Positions 17,954 through 28,360 of a stretch of DNA of 64,000 nucleotides are shown one piece after another. Made by a program: the position numbers and the translations under genes. The stretch is from contig OZ250169.1 in NCBI GenBank assembly GCA_965237955.1, forward strand, positions 6,176,001-6,240,000, written 5' to 3'. Below the pieces are notes generated by a model that was not told the origin of the DNA, ran no database searches, and saw only the letters and a program-made list of their open reading frames with translations. The first letter of the stretch is position 1, and each line of letters starts with the position of its first letter. The stretch is from Candidatus Marinacidobacterales bacterium. GTDB lineage: Bacteria > Acidobacteriota > Vicinamibacteria > Marinacidobacterales > SMYC01.

Positions 17954-19501
17954 TCAGCTGTAACGTCTCCGGATAAAGTGCTCCCAATCGCGGATGAGCC
18001 TACTGGTGTCGGACCCGAGGACGCGATTCAGCGACTCGTCGATATCGTTACCGTCGCCGAGCGCTGACAGCAAATCCCGAATCCCGCCCATGCCGCGCTT
18101 TTGGATCATGTAGTCCACCATCGATGCCGCCGCCGGATAGAAGAGTCGTACGTCGCACCGGGCGGTCGGCAGGCACTGATTGAAACTCTGTCCGCTGTTG
18201 ATCACCCGCGCGAGTAGCTTTCCGTTCTCCTCGGTTCTCGTGCCTTCCACGTATTCGGCAAGACCCTCGTGGAGCCACCTCGGAGCGCTCTTCCCCGCCC
18301 TGGCGTGGATGAACGCGTGTGCGAGCTCATGGTGAAGCGTCGTCTTGATGTGCTCGTCGAGGCGCTCGAGGCCACGCACCGGCACACGGATCTTCCCGTC
18401 GAAGAGTCCGAGAGACCAATGCGGCCCCCCCATGTCACGGTAGTCGCGTCGCGAATAGAGGATGACCACGACGCGCTCCGACGGCTCGAACCCGAACAGG
18501 GAGACGAGTGACGCGTAGCTTCGGTCCATGGTGTCGATGACCATACGGCCGGTGTCCTCCATGGTGCCGCCTTCGTAGCGCACGATGCAGTGAGCGAGGC
18601 GCTGGCTTTCGAACCCGTCCGCCGTTTGCGCCTCCGCGAGCGCTTTTTGGAGCGATGCGCGGATTCCGGGGTCATCGCGGATGGTCAGCGCTTTTTGGAA
18701 AGCCTCGACCGCCTTGCGCATTTCTTCTCGAAAATAGTGGGTCTTGCCGATGATGTGGTACATCTCCGCGGGATTGGCCTCGGAGCCGTACGCGATTGCG
18801 GTCTCCGCCCACCTCATCGCAGGCTCCCACTCTTCTTGGGCCCCATAGATCACGGCTCGAAACGACGCGAGGTCGCCCGCCGGCGCCGCCCAATCCTCGC
18901 ACTCGTCGAGGTAGCGAAGCGCCTCCCGGTATCTCCGTTGCCGGATCTCTTTCCCCGCCGCAAGCAAGTGAGCCGCGATGACGTACTCACGGAGCCAATC
19001 GACCCCTGGATGATCGCGAGCCACTTCCTTGGCACGCTCCAGCAGAGCCGGCGTCACCGCGGACTCGGTCAAATCGGGAAGCTCGGGGATGTCGTCCGCC
19101 GGGTCGGGCTTTCGGACAACGGCATTGTTCGCGGAATCGCCCGGTTCGCGGAGCCCTCCGAGCCCTCTGAGGACGAACGGCTCAGGTTGTCGCACGGTGA
19201 GCTCGACGACCGGCGGAGGCTCTTCGCTCGAAGATGACTGGGCGGGCCCGGGCTCTGGGTCGGGTTGTTGCTGCTGCCACAGCTTCAACCCGTAGTAGCC
19301 CCCAGCGCACATCAACGTACTCAAGAAAACGATGTTGAACAGCGACGAGCCGAACGAAGGTTCGGGATTTCCCTGCGGCCTCGGAGCGGATCGGGGCGGT
19401 TCGGGGCTGGACGGCCGTTCACGCCCGAGCTTTCCGAACACGACGCCACATCGAGGACAAGACGCTTCCGTTGTTTCAAATTCGCACTTTGGGCACTTCA
19501 C
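17954..19501 (-). CDS. Zinc-ribbon/TM/TPR/peptidase MA-like metalloprotease
   Basis: CPKC...CPRCG, TM, TPR helices, LHHELAHAF...PRWLHEGLAEY. Confidence 0.82.
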   Translation of the reverse strand: MKCPKCEFETTEASCPRCGVVFGKLGRERPSSPEPPRSAPRPQGNPEPSFGSSLFNIVFLSTLMCAGGYYGLKLWQQQQPDPEPGPAQSSSSEEPPPVVELTVRQPEPFVLRGLGGLREPGDSANNAVVRKPDPADDIPELPDLTESAVTPALLERAKEVARDHPGVDWLREYVIAAHLLAAGKEIRQRRYREALRYLDECEDWAAPAGDLASFRAVIYGAQEEWEPAMRWAETAIAYGSEANPAEMYHIIGKTHYFREEMRKAVEAFQKALTIRDDPGIRASLQKALAEAQTADGFESQRLAHCIVRYEGGTMEDTGRMVIDTMDRSYASLVSLFGFEPSERVVVILYSRRDYRDMGGPHWSLGLFDGKIRVPVRGLERLDEHIKTTLHHELAHAFIHARAGKSAPRWLHEGLAEYVEGTRTEENGKLLARVINSGQSFNQCLPTARCDVRLFYPAAASMVDYMIQKRGMGGIRDLLSALGDGNDIDESLNRVLGSDTSRLIRDWEHFIRRRYS

Positions 19502-19540
19502 CAGGGCCTCACTTACATCAGGTATGGTTTTGATGGCGAT

Positions 19541-20740
19541 TTATCTGGCTTTGGCGAAGTTCGATTTCGCGCGAACGGTTTCGACAGCGTTGGCTAGCGC
19601 TTCGGAAAAAGCTCCTATGTCTCGCTCTTGGGTGTAGCGGCCGAGACTGACACGCACCGATCCTCGAACGGCTTCTGCATCGAGCCCCATCCCGGTGAGC
19701 ACGTGCGACCCGGTACCGCCGGTGTCGCACGCGGCGCCCGCCGATACCGCGAACCCGGCGGCGTCGAGTGCCATGACCAGGGCGCGACCGTCGACGCTCT
19801 CGAAGCGAAAGTTCACAGTGTTGGGAGTGCGCTCTGCTCCGAGACCGTTGACTTGGGTTCCGTGGATTCGCTCGAGAACGTTGGATTGCAGTTCATCGCG
19901 AAGCCGCGTGAGTTTTTTCGACTCGGACTCGAGCCGGATCTGCACTTGCCGACATGCCTCCGCGAGCCCGACGATGCCGGGAAGATTTTCGGTGCCCGCC
20001 CGGCGCGCTCTCTCTTGGCCCCCACCGAGAAACATCGCATCGCAGACAACGCCGTCCCGAACGTAGAGCGCACCCACGCCGTTCGGACCGTAGAATTTGT
20101 GCGCCGACAGCGACAGCAGGTCGACTCCGAGTGTTCCGACGTCGACGGGGATCTTGCCGCACGCTTGAACGGCATCGGTATGGAACCAAGCGCCGACGTC
20201 GTGGGCGGCGCTCGCAAGCTCACGAATCGGCTGCAACACCCCCGTCTCGTTGTTCGCATACATGATCGAGACGAGCAACGTGTCAGGACGAAGTGCTTTG
20301 ACCAAACGCTCGGGCACGAGCCGGCCGCGATCGTTCACGTCGACGATCGTGACCTCCCACCCGTTTTGCTCGAGATGACGCAGCACCTGGAACACGGCGT
20401 GGTGCTCGATGTTGGAGGCGACGAGGTGTCTTCGCTCGCCGGTCTTAGCCGCCGTGGTGGTCCCCACAATCGCAAGGTTGTCAGCTTCGGTACCGCCTGC
20501 AGTGAAAACGATTTCGTCGGCGCCCGCACCGATGAGCTCGGCAACCGCTCGTCTCGAGCGTGAGAGCGCGTCTTTGGCCCGTCGGCCCAGCCGGTGAATG
20601 CTCGACGGATTTCCGAAGTCCTCGCCAAACAACGGCAACATCGCCTCGAGCACCTCCGGCGCGAGCGGCGTAGTGGCGTTGTTGTCCAAATACACGTTGA
20701 CGTCTTTGTTTGAGTTGTCTGAGTTGTCCGAGTTATACAC
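19541..20740 (-). CDS. Cysteine desulfurase (IscS/NifS type)
   Basis: YLDNNATT, GNPSS, ANNETG, HTDAVQ, SAHKFYGP, SAGAAC. Confidence 0.95.
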   Translation of the reverse strand: MYNSDNSDNSNKDVNVYLDNNATTPLAPEVLEAMLPLFGEDFGNPSSIHRLGRRAKDALSRSRRAVAELIGAGADEIVFTAGGTEADNLAIVGTTTAAKTGERRHLVASNIEHHAVFQVLRHLEQNGWEVTIVDVNDRGRLVPERLVKALRPDTLLVSIMYANNETGVLQPIRELASAAHDVGAWFHTDAVQACGKIPVDVGTLGVDLLSLSAHKFYGPNGVGALYVRDGVVCDAMFLGGGQERARRAGTENLPGIVGLAEACRQVQIRLESESKKLTRLRDELQSNVLERIHGTQVNGLGAERTPNTVNFRFESVDGRALVMALDAAGFAVSAGAACDTGGTGSHVLTGMGLDAEAVRGSVRVSLGRYTQERDIGAFSEALANAVETVRAKSNFAKAR

Positions 20741-20814
20741 TGCCCCTAACCCTATGTCTTTTCAGCATAAATTTGCCGGAGGGACCAGAGACACAGTCAT
20801 TTTCATGTGCTAGC

Positions 20815-21636
20815 ATGTTTGTAATGGACGAACCCCTCGACGCCGTCACCACGTCGCAAGACCCACCCAAGCTCCAACATATCCAGTTTCGGGTCGATCA
20901 CGACGTAGCCCGTATCGCTCTCAACCGCCCGGAGGCGGCGAACGCCCTGAGCTTCGCCGCGCTGAACGAGGTCGACCATGCGCTCGGCACACTCGAGCTC
21001 AACGAGGCAGTCAAGGTCGTTGTCATCTCGGGGAGCGACAAGGCATTCTCGAGCGGGCTCGACATCGCCGAGCACACCGACGAGAACGTCTACCAGCTCC
21101 TCGAAGCGTTCCATCAGATCATACGCACTCTGATGGAGCTGGAAGCGGTCAGCATCTCCGTCGTCAAAGGGATGGCCCTGGGCGCAGGGTGCGAGCTCGC
21201 CGCGATCTGTGATTTCTGCTTCGCGGCCGAGGGGTCGAAGCTGGGCCAGCCGGAGCTCAAGGCGGGCCTGTTCCCTTCCGTCGCACCGGTCATCTACCCG
21301 CGGCTCGTTGGACTGCATCGGACCTACGAGATGATCCTCACCGGCCGCATTTACGAGGCTCGTGAGGCAGAAGGCATCGGCCTCATCACCCGGGCCGTCG
21401 CCCCGGACGAGCTCGACGCGGAAGTGGAAAAATGGGTCCAGTTCCTCCAAACGTTCTCTACGCCGGTGCTCCGCCTCGCGAGACGAGCCATCTCGGACGC
21501 TGTGAACTTACCCTTCGACGAAGGGCTACGACACGTCGAAGAGGTCTATCTCAACCAGCTCGTCTCCACCGAGGACGCCAAAGAAGGCGTACGCGCCCTC
21601 CGCGAACGCCGCCAGCCCGTGTGGAAGCATAAGTAA
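20815..21636 (+). CDS. Enoyl-CoA hydratase/isomerase
   Basis: LNRP, FSSGLD, ALGAGCEL, GQPELKAG. Confidence 0.92.
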   Translation: MFVMDEPLDAVTTSQDPPKLQHIQFRVDHDVARIALNRPEAANALSFAALNEVDHALGTLELNEAVKVVVISGSDKAFSSGLDIAEHTDENVYQLLEAFHQIIRTLMELEAVSISVVKGMALGAGCELAAICDFCFAAEGSKLGQPELKAGLFPSVAPVIYPRLVGLHRTYEMILTGRIYEAREAEGIGLITRAVAPDELDAEVEKWVQFLQTFSTPVLRLARRAISDAVNLPFDEGLRHVEEVYLNQLVSTEDAKEGVRALRERRQPVWKHK

Positions 21637-21640
21637 TTCA

Positions 21641-21668
21641 ATCGGCCATCAGCCATCGGCCATCAGCA
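21641..21668 (+). repeat. Single arm of the heptamer (GCCATCA) repeat
   Basis: atcggccatcagccatcggccatcagc, same unit as 42578-42718. Confidence 0.6.
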
Positions 21669-21746
21669 TATGTTCTAACGGGCGACCACCACCGCTGATA
21701 TACTTCCGCTCCTGTTTACGCCCACCGATGAGGAGAACGTGTAACG

Positions 21747-22952
21747 ATGCTCGATTTTGACCTCAATGAGGACCATCTTGCCGTGGAGCGGATGGTGCGC
21801 GAGTTCGCGGCCAACGAAGTGGCACCTCACATCCAGGAGAACGACTCCAAAAAATATTTCGACCGCTCGGTCCTGGGGAAGATGGCCAAGCTCAACATCC
21901 TGGGCATCTGTATTCCGGAGGAGTACGGGGGGGCAGGACTGGATTACGTCTCTCTCGGGCTCGCTTGTGAAGAGCTCGAGTACGTGGACACTTCCCTCCG
22001 CGTCATCATGTCGGTCCACGTCGGGCTCAACTGCCTGACGCTCCTGGCGTGGGCGAACGACGAACAGAAGCAACGATACCTGGTGCCGCAGGCCAAAGGC
22101 GAAAAAATCTCGACCTACGGCCTCACTGAGCCGAACGCCGGAAGCGACGCCGTCGGCATCCAGACGACGGCGGTTAAGAAGGGCGACACCTACGTTCTGA
22201 ACGGCGAGAAGCAGTGGATCTCTCTTGCCGAGGTCGCGGACAACTTCCTCGTCATCGCTTGGACCGACCAGGAAAAGAAGAAAAATCGCGACCACAGCGG
22301 GCTATCGGCGTTCATCGTCGAGCGCTCCTACAAAGGCTTCGAAAGCGGCGCCATGACCCACAAGTGGGGCATCAAGGCAGGCAACACCGGCTGGTTCAAA
22401 CTCTCCGACGTGGAAGTTCCCGAGGAGAATCTCTTGGGAAACGAAGACGAAGGCTTCAAGATCGCGATGTTCGCGCTCGACCAGGGACGCTACACCGTGG
22501 CCGCCGGCGCCACCGGGCTCATCCGCGCCTGTCTCGACGAGAGCGTGAAGTGGGCTCGGGAGCGCCACACCTTCGGCCAGCCGATCGGCCAGCACCAGCT
22601 GGTGAAGCAAATGATCGCGAACATGGCCCGAGACTACGAATGCGCGCGTCTACTGTGGCTCAAGGCAGGCGTTCTCAAGAACCAGGGCCGCCGCAACACC
22701 AAAGAGACGTCCCTCGCCAAATGGGTGTCGACGGTCACCTCCGAGCGAGCAGGCTCGGACGCGGTTCAAATCCTCGGCTCCTACGGGTATTCCGACGAGT
22801 ATCCCGTGGGACGGTTCTGGCGAAATTCCAAGGGCGCCGTGATCTACGAAGGGACGCGCGAGATTCACACCCTGATGCAAGCGGATTATGCGCTCGGATA
22901 CCGCGTGGACAAACCGACGCGAATCTCGCTGCCGAAGTACGAGAAAAGCTGA
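21747..22952 (+). CDS. Acyl-CoA dehydrogenase
   Basis: GLTEPNAGSD, LNGEKQWIS, RHTFGQPI, IYEGTREI. Confidence 0.95.
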   Translation: MLDFDLNEDHLAVERMVREFAANEVAPHIQENDSKKYFDRSVLGKMAKLNILGICIPEEYGGAGLDYVSLGLACEELEYVDTSLRVIMSVHVGLNCLTLLAWANDEQKQRYLVPQAKGEKISTYGLTEPNAGSDAVGIQTTAVKKGDTYVLNGEKQWISLAEVADNFLVIAWTDQEKKKNRDHSGLSAFIVERSYKGFESGAMTHKWGIKAGNTGWFKLSDVEVPEENLLGNEDEGFKIAMFALDQGRYTVAAGATGLIRACLDESVKWARERHTFGQPIGQHQLVKQMIANMARDYECARLLWLKAGVLKNQGRRNTKETSLAKWVSTVTSERAGSDAVQILGSYGYSDEYPVGRFWRNSKGAVIYEGTREIHTLMQADYALGYRVDKPTRISLPKYEKS

Positions 22953-23151
22953 GCGGCGGTACAATCTTACTAGGCCCTGGATCACAGTTGATGCCGGCTT
23001 TGGAACTCGACTAAGATAGTTACGAACATACCAGCCAAGCATTCTTTAGAGCACTCCGTATTCACTGAAACCACTAACAACTCAAATTCACGATGTTGCA
23101 TCCGAACGTGGTCGTACCACCGGACGGCCAAAGATGGGAGGAGAAGGAGCT

Positions 23152-23568
23152 GTGAAGGTCGATCTGGAAGCGTTGGTCGTTGCTTTCAGCGATGACTTCG
23201 TACAACGGAGTTATTACCTCGACGGGGACTCGGGACGCGTTTTCAACGTCCTCGAGGATCACGACGACCCCGAAACGCGGGAGCTCGTTTGGGCGCTCGA
23301 GTCCGACACCCGCGGGCGCTACATTCAGGTCCCGAAGCCTAGCCTGGAGGAGACGCTGAAAGAGCAGGACGCTTTTGTCGAATCCCTCGAAGGCGACATG
23401 AGGGAGAAGTTGGACAAAGTCATCGAAGATGATCACGACGGAGCGAAGTTCGCCGACTACGTGGAGCGCAATCGCGGCGCTCGCGACGCGTGGCGCGACT
23501 GCCGAATGGTTCGCTCGCGTGAGCAAGCCAACGAGTGGATAAAAACGCTGAATCTTCCTACCGGTTGA
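23152..23568 (+). CDS. UPF0158 family protein
   Basis: VDLEAL...YYLDGDSGRV...RYIQVP...W..R...EW; AAGGAG RBS before GTG. Confidence 0.8.
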   Translation: MKVDLEALVVAFSDDFVQRSYYLDGDSGRVFNVLEDHDDPETRELVWALESDTRGRYIQVPKPSLEETLKEQDAFVESLEGDMREKLDKVIEDDHDGAKFADYVERNRGARDAWRDCRMVRSREQANEWIKTLNLPTG

Positions 23569-24450
23569 AGACGAGGTCACCGACAAGAGTCGGGGTTGCC
23601 GGCTGGTCCTATCCCGACTGGGAAGGCATCGTCTATCCCAAAACGCCTCGTTTCGACGGGCTCGCCTACCTGACGCGATACTTCGACACCATCGAGATCA
23701 ACAGCCCTTTCTATCGAATCCCGACCGCGAAGACGACGAGCTCGTGGGCGCGACGCGCGTGTGTGAACCCGAATTTCGGTTCACGCTGAAGCTCTTCCAG
23801 GGATTCACCCACGAGCGCAACGCGAGCACCGAAGACGAGCGCGCTTTCAAAGACGCGCTCGTCCCCCTCATCGACGCCGGGGTGCTGGGCGGAGTCCTGC
23901 TCCAGTTCCCATGGTCCTTCAAGAACGGGCCCGAAAACCGCTCGTACTTGAGCGAGCTCTTCGAGCGCTTCGACGGGTATCCGCTCGTCCTCGAGGTGCG
24001 CCACGCATCATGGAACGACAGAGAGCTCTACGAGCTCCTCGAGCGCCGAGCGGTCGGATTCTGCAATATCGATCAACCGCTCATCGGCCGCTCCATCGCG
24101 CCGACCGACAAAGCGACGGGCCCAATCGGCTACGTGCGGCTCCACGGCCGCAACTACCGGGACTGGTTCCGCGAAAACGCCGGTCGCGATGCGCGCGCTA
24201 CGACTACCTCTATAGCGACGACGAGCTCGACCCGTGGATGGACAAGATCTCGGAAGTGAGCGAGAACGCATCGGAAACGTACGTGATCACCAACAACCAC
24301 TTCCGCGGCCAGGCGGTCGTGAACGCGCTACAAATTCGCTCGCGCCTCAAGAGACGAGCCGTCAAAGCGCCCGCGTCGCTCGTCGAGCACTACCCGGTCT
24401 TGGCGCACATCACCGAGAGCGAAGGCCCAGCGCAGCGTCGGCTGTTCTAG
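23565..24450 (+). CDS. DUF72 (YecE) family protein, frameshifted twice
   Basis: VGVAGWSYPDW, FDTIEINSPFY, LLQFPWSF, LEVRHASW, YVRLHGRN, YDYLYS, NNHFRGQA in three frames. Confidence 0.88.
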
Positions 24451-24617
24451 ACTCGCGTCCGACGTGCTATCTGCTTCGCTGATTCTGACCCGAATGTCCT
24501 CCGCATCAACGTTGGGAAAACCCTACGTTCTGCTGTCGGGGTTTTCACCCGCCTCACGTCACTTGTTCTGGATCACACTTCCGATACTCTGACCTTCATT
24601 GGGGACGGGGGTCTGTC

Positions 24618-25463
24618 ATGGTCGAGTCAACACCATCCGGCGCAAACGTGATTGCCATTGCGAACTGCAAAGGCGGTGTCGCGAAAACGACAACAACCGT
24701 GAACTTGGGGGCGGCGCTGGCAAGCCGGGGGCGGCGTGTTCTTCTGATCGATCTCGACGCTCAGCAGGATCTCTGCGCCGCCCTGCGAGCACGCATACCA
24801 CGACCCGGGCTAGCCGACGTCCTCCTCAGCACCGCGTTCTTCGATACCGGGAATCTGGCCGACGCATTTGTGACCGTTCACGGTATGACGGTCGCGGGCG
24901 GATATGGGATCGCTCATGCGGAGCGCGAGCTCGCCACGAATGGTAGCTGGGAAAACGCGCTCAAGCGTGCGCTAGCGCCCCACTTGCCGCGTTTCGACTA
25001 CGTGTTGCTGGACTGCGCTCCGTCGAGCAACTGCCTCACGCCCAGCGCGCTCGTCGCCGCCCACGACGTGGTCGTCCCAATTCAGACCGAGTTCCTGGCG
25101 GCGAATCAACTGTCCAGCATCATGTCGGCGGTCGATGACGTGCGCTCGCGGCTCAACTCGTCGCTGAAAATTCGTGGATTCCTGCCCACGATGTACGACG
25201 GACGAAGCAATCACGCGCTGGGCGTCATGGAGCACATCGCGCTCCAAGCACACATGTGGGGCGTCCGCGCATTCAAGCCCATCCCACGAGCGGTACGTTT
25301 GGCAGAAGCGAGCGAAGCGGGACGGCCGATTTGCCAGTACTCGGAAGACTCACCAGCTGCCGAAGCGTACGACGGGTTGGCCGAGGAGATCGACCATCGG
25401 TATCAAGTGAGAGCGTCGATGTTTGCTTCGACGGGTGCGCGGGCGATCGGCACCTACGCGTAG
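24618..25463 (+). CDS. Orphan ParA/Soj family ATPase
   Basis: KGGVAKTTT, LIDLDAQ, LLDCAPS, IPRAVRLAEA; no parB adjacent. Confidence 0.92.
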   Translation: MVESTPSGANVIAIANCKGGVAKTTTTVNLGAALASRGRRVLLIDLDAQQDLCAALRARIPRPGLADVLLSTAFFDTGNLADAFVTVHGMTVAGGYGIAHAERELATNGSWENALKRALAPHLPRFDYVLLDCAPSSNCLTPSALVAAHDVVVPIQTEFLAANQLSSIMSAVDDVRSRLNSSLKIRGFLPTMYDGRSNHALGVMEHIALQAHMWGVRAFKPIPRAVRLAEASEAGRPICQYSEDSPAAEAYDGLAEEIDHRYQVRASMFASTGARAIGTYA

Positions 25464-25635
25464 GACAGCAACCCTCGTCTTTCTCACCGGTCCTCGTCTA
25501 GGCTCGTGCCAATGCGGGGAGATCGCCTTCGTGAGTTTCAGAACTGGAATTTGGCTTCGGATGGGCGCCCCCTCACCCGGCGAGAGTTGCCAGAGCTCGC
25601 CTCCGTGAAGCTCTCTCCCCCTCTCGGGGAGGAGG

Positions 25636-25953
25636 TTAAAGTCCTGGGGGGGCGGCTATGTTTAGGACGTCTTTGATCACGCATGCAGCGGTCGCGAGTG
25701 GGCCGCCTTTGCTGCTTCTTGCGCTTATCGTGCCCATGACGTCGGTCTCGAAGACGCAACCTTTCTCGCCCGGGCCGAGCTCGTAGAGGGGGTCGTCCGG
25801 CGTGAGGGCTTCGGGCGCGGTCTTCAGTCGAATCGTGCCATCGGCATCGCGCTCGCCGGTGGCGATGGCGGATGCGTTGTCTTCGTGACCGCGCGTCGTC
25901 GAGCTCTTTCTTGCCGATCGCGGCGACGCCGGTCGTCTCGACGGCGTCGAGAC
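25636..25953 (-). pseudogene. Duplicated 3' end of homoserine dehydrogenase
   Basis: Near-identical to 36446-36764 with a few substitutions, a 2-bp deletion and a different final few codons. Confidence 0.9.
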
Positions 25954-26047
25954 TGAGCTCAACCGCACTCCGCTGAGCACCATCTCGATCGTATCGGAAG
26001 ACGGCCCTTGCGACCGGTGGCCCGTTCGGACTGAGCGCGTGCGCTCC

Positions 26048-26620
26048 ATCGCCTAAAGGCGATGGGTTCACGTCGCCGACTAAAGTCGGCTTGTCCTTGC
26101 CTCGTTTCACTACTCGCTAACCTTGAAAGAATCGTCGTCCTGGGGCACGGCACCTTGCAACTCTATATACTTCGCTATCACGTCATCCGTCACGTTGCCC
26201 GTCGTCACCACGAAGTAACCCCGTGCCCATAGGTGCCGACCCCAGAACTCCTTCCGCATCGTCCGAAAGTCTCGCATCAGACGATTCGACGTCTTACCCT
26301 TGATCAACTGCATCACTCGACTCGGCGACAAATTCGGCGGCACGCTCAGTAACAGATGCAACTGCTCAGGCCGCACATGACCCTTCAGTATTTCTATCTG
26401 GTTCCGAGCACAGATCTCCCGAATGAGATCCCGGAGACGAACCGCTACATCCCCTCTCAAGGCCGGCTTGCGGTACTTCGTGATAAATACGAAGTGATAG
26501 TTTAACTGGTACGTCGTGTGCGATGATTTACGATATCCTTTCACCTGGGGATCGTACCCCAAGCCTCCTAAAGGCTTCGCCTAAAGGCGAGGGATTTCAA
26601 CCATCCCCGAGTGAGACATT
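26048..26620 (-). mobile_element. IS200/IS605-family element (tnpA only); boundaries approximate
   Basis: TnpA flanked by hairpins atcgcctaaaggcgat, gccgactaaagtcggc, tcgcctaaaggcga and gggat...atccc. Confidence 0.85.
26110..26562 (-). CDS. tnpA: IS200 Y1 transposase
   Basis: YHFVFITKYRK, IKGKTS, LWARGYF, KYIELQ; HUH motif reads QLH. Confidence 0.93.
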   Translation of the reverse strand: MGYDPQVKGYRKSSHTTYQLNYHFVFITKYRKPALRGDVAVRLRDLIREICARNQIEILKGHVRPEQLHLLLSVPPNLSPSRVMQLIKGKTSNRLMRDFRTMRKEFWGRHLWARGYFVVTTGNVTDDVIAKYIELQGAVPQDDDSFKVSE

Positions 26621-26696
26621 AATAATGATGAGAGACAAGGCATTTAATACGGTAAAGTATGTTTCAATTGTTCGTACTATTGAATTCGAATGAAGG

Positions 26697-28149
26697 GTGA
26701 CGAACGCGCCGCGGCGTCACGCTTCGAGGGTCGCGGAGGTGCTAGTGCTGCGTACGACTGAATGGCTAGGGTTGCTCTTATTCATCTCGGTGTCGCTATG
26801 CGCGCCTCCGCTCGAGGGCCAGTCAGAGACCAACGAGCCACCCCTACTGAGTTTGTCCGAAACGATCGAGCTGGCGTTCGAGAACAGCGAGCTCATGATC
26901 GAGGTCCGGGACAGCCTTCAGCAGGCGAAGCTCTACGCGTTGCCGGCCGCGATCTCGGCGAGCTTCTCACAATCTGTACCGAGTCGTTAGCTCGCTACAA
27001 GCTGCGCACCACGTTGAGCGCACTGGGAGTCGTCTTGGGGGTCGCGGGCGTCATCGCAGTGATGTCGGTGAGCCAAGGGGCCAGGGACGAGATTCTCCGA
27101 CAAGTCGAGTTTCTGGGACTGGACAATATCGTGGTGCGGGACAACCTGCAGTCCCGGGGTCAACGGCTCACGCTACGCGACGCGGAAACACTGTGGCAAA
27201 TCACTCCTCTCTTGAAGAGCGCGACACCGCTCGTCGAAGGCTACGTATCGCTTTTCGGGTCTGCTGCCAGTCGTCCGGCCCGACTGATCGGAGTCAACGC
27301 GGACTACAAACACATACTCCGCCTCTCGGTGACGAAAGGACGATTTCTGTCGAAATTGGACGATCGGGCTCTTGCGCGCGTTTGCGTTTTGGGGCGGCGC
27401 ATCGCGAGCGATCTCTTCGGCTTTCGGGAGCCGGTCGGTGAGAGCGTCCGAGTGGCCGGTAAGTGGTATCGAGTGGTCGGTGTCCTGGGAGAACGCTCGA
27501 TGGCGGGCGCGGGCTCCGACTCGCGACTCGGGACTTGAATGAAGCGGTGTTGGTGCCGTTGTCTACGCTCTTGGCTCAACCCCTGCATGCCGACCCTTCG
27601 ACGCCGGTTCAAGAGATCTGGCTGCACCTGAGCCGGGGTGATCGCGTGATACCCGTGGGCAGAGTGGTGGAAGAAACTCTCGCTCGACTTCACGGCGGGC
27701 GAGGCGACTTCGAGGTCGTCGTGCCTCGCGCCCTGATGAACCAACGTCTCCGCACCCAACGCACGTTCAGCGTCGTTGTCGGTAGCATGGCATCACTCAC
27801 TCTTCTCGTGGGAGGTATCGGCATCATGAACATCATGCTCGCCTCGGTACTGGAACGAACCGGCGAGATCGGGCTGCGGCGAACGGTGGGCGCAACCAAG
27901 CGCGACATCACGATGCAATTCCTGGTCGAAGCGCTTCTGTTGACGTCCACCGGCGGCGCCTTCGGGATCGTTCTCGGAATCGCCATCTCTCTGGGCATTT
28001 CCGCGTACGCGGGTTGGGCCATTCGCATCTCACCAGTAGCCGTTCTACTCGCGTTTTTCATCTCTTTCGTTACCGGAATTGCGTTTGGCATCTACCCCGC
28101 CGTCCAGGCCGCGCGTTTGGAGCCCATAGACGCGATGAGATACGAGTAA
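26697..28149 (+). pseudogene. MacB/FtsX-type ABC permease, fragmented, preceded by a TolC-like N-terminal remnant
   Basis: KLRTTLSALGVVLGVAGVI; VGGIGIMNIMLASVLERTGEIGLRRTVGA; PAVQAARLEPIDAMRYE; upstream signal + LSLSETIELAFENS. Confidence 0.78.
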
Positions 28150-28360
28150 GCAGTCGCTCCGAATATTTGTCGGATGGCGCCGGCGCGTTGAAGTTGGATT
28201 GCATCCTGACGTTTGTTGTGATACAAGCTGTTCGGAAATTTCATTCCGAAAGATTTCGCGAGATAATGTTAGAGGTGTCATCGTGTCTCGACGTCAGTGT
28301 AGTGTGCTGTGCGTTGTTGCCGCTGGTTGCTGTTCTAAGCTTTCTTTGAGGAGAACGAAG

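Noticed and set aside
20705-20737. 9-bp tandem repeat at the cysteine desulfurase 5' end
   Set aside because: Three short in-frame units (NSD) with no evident function.
24618-25463. Plasmid or prophage partition system
   Set aside because: No parB, replication or phage genes nearby.
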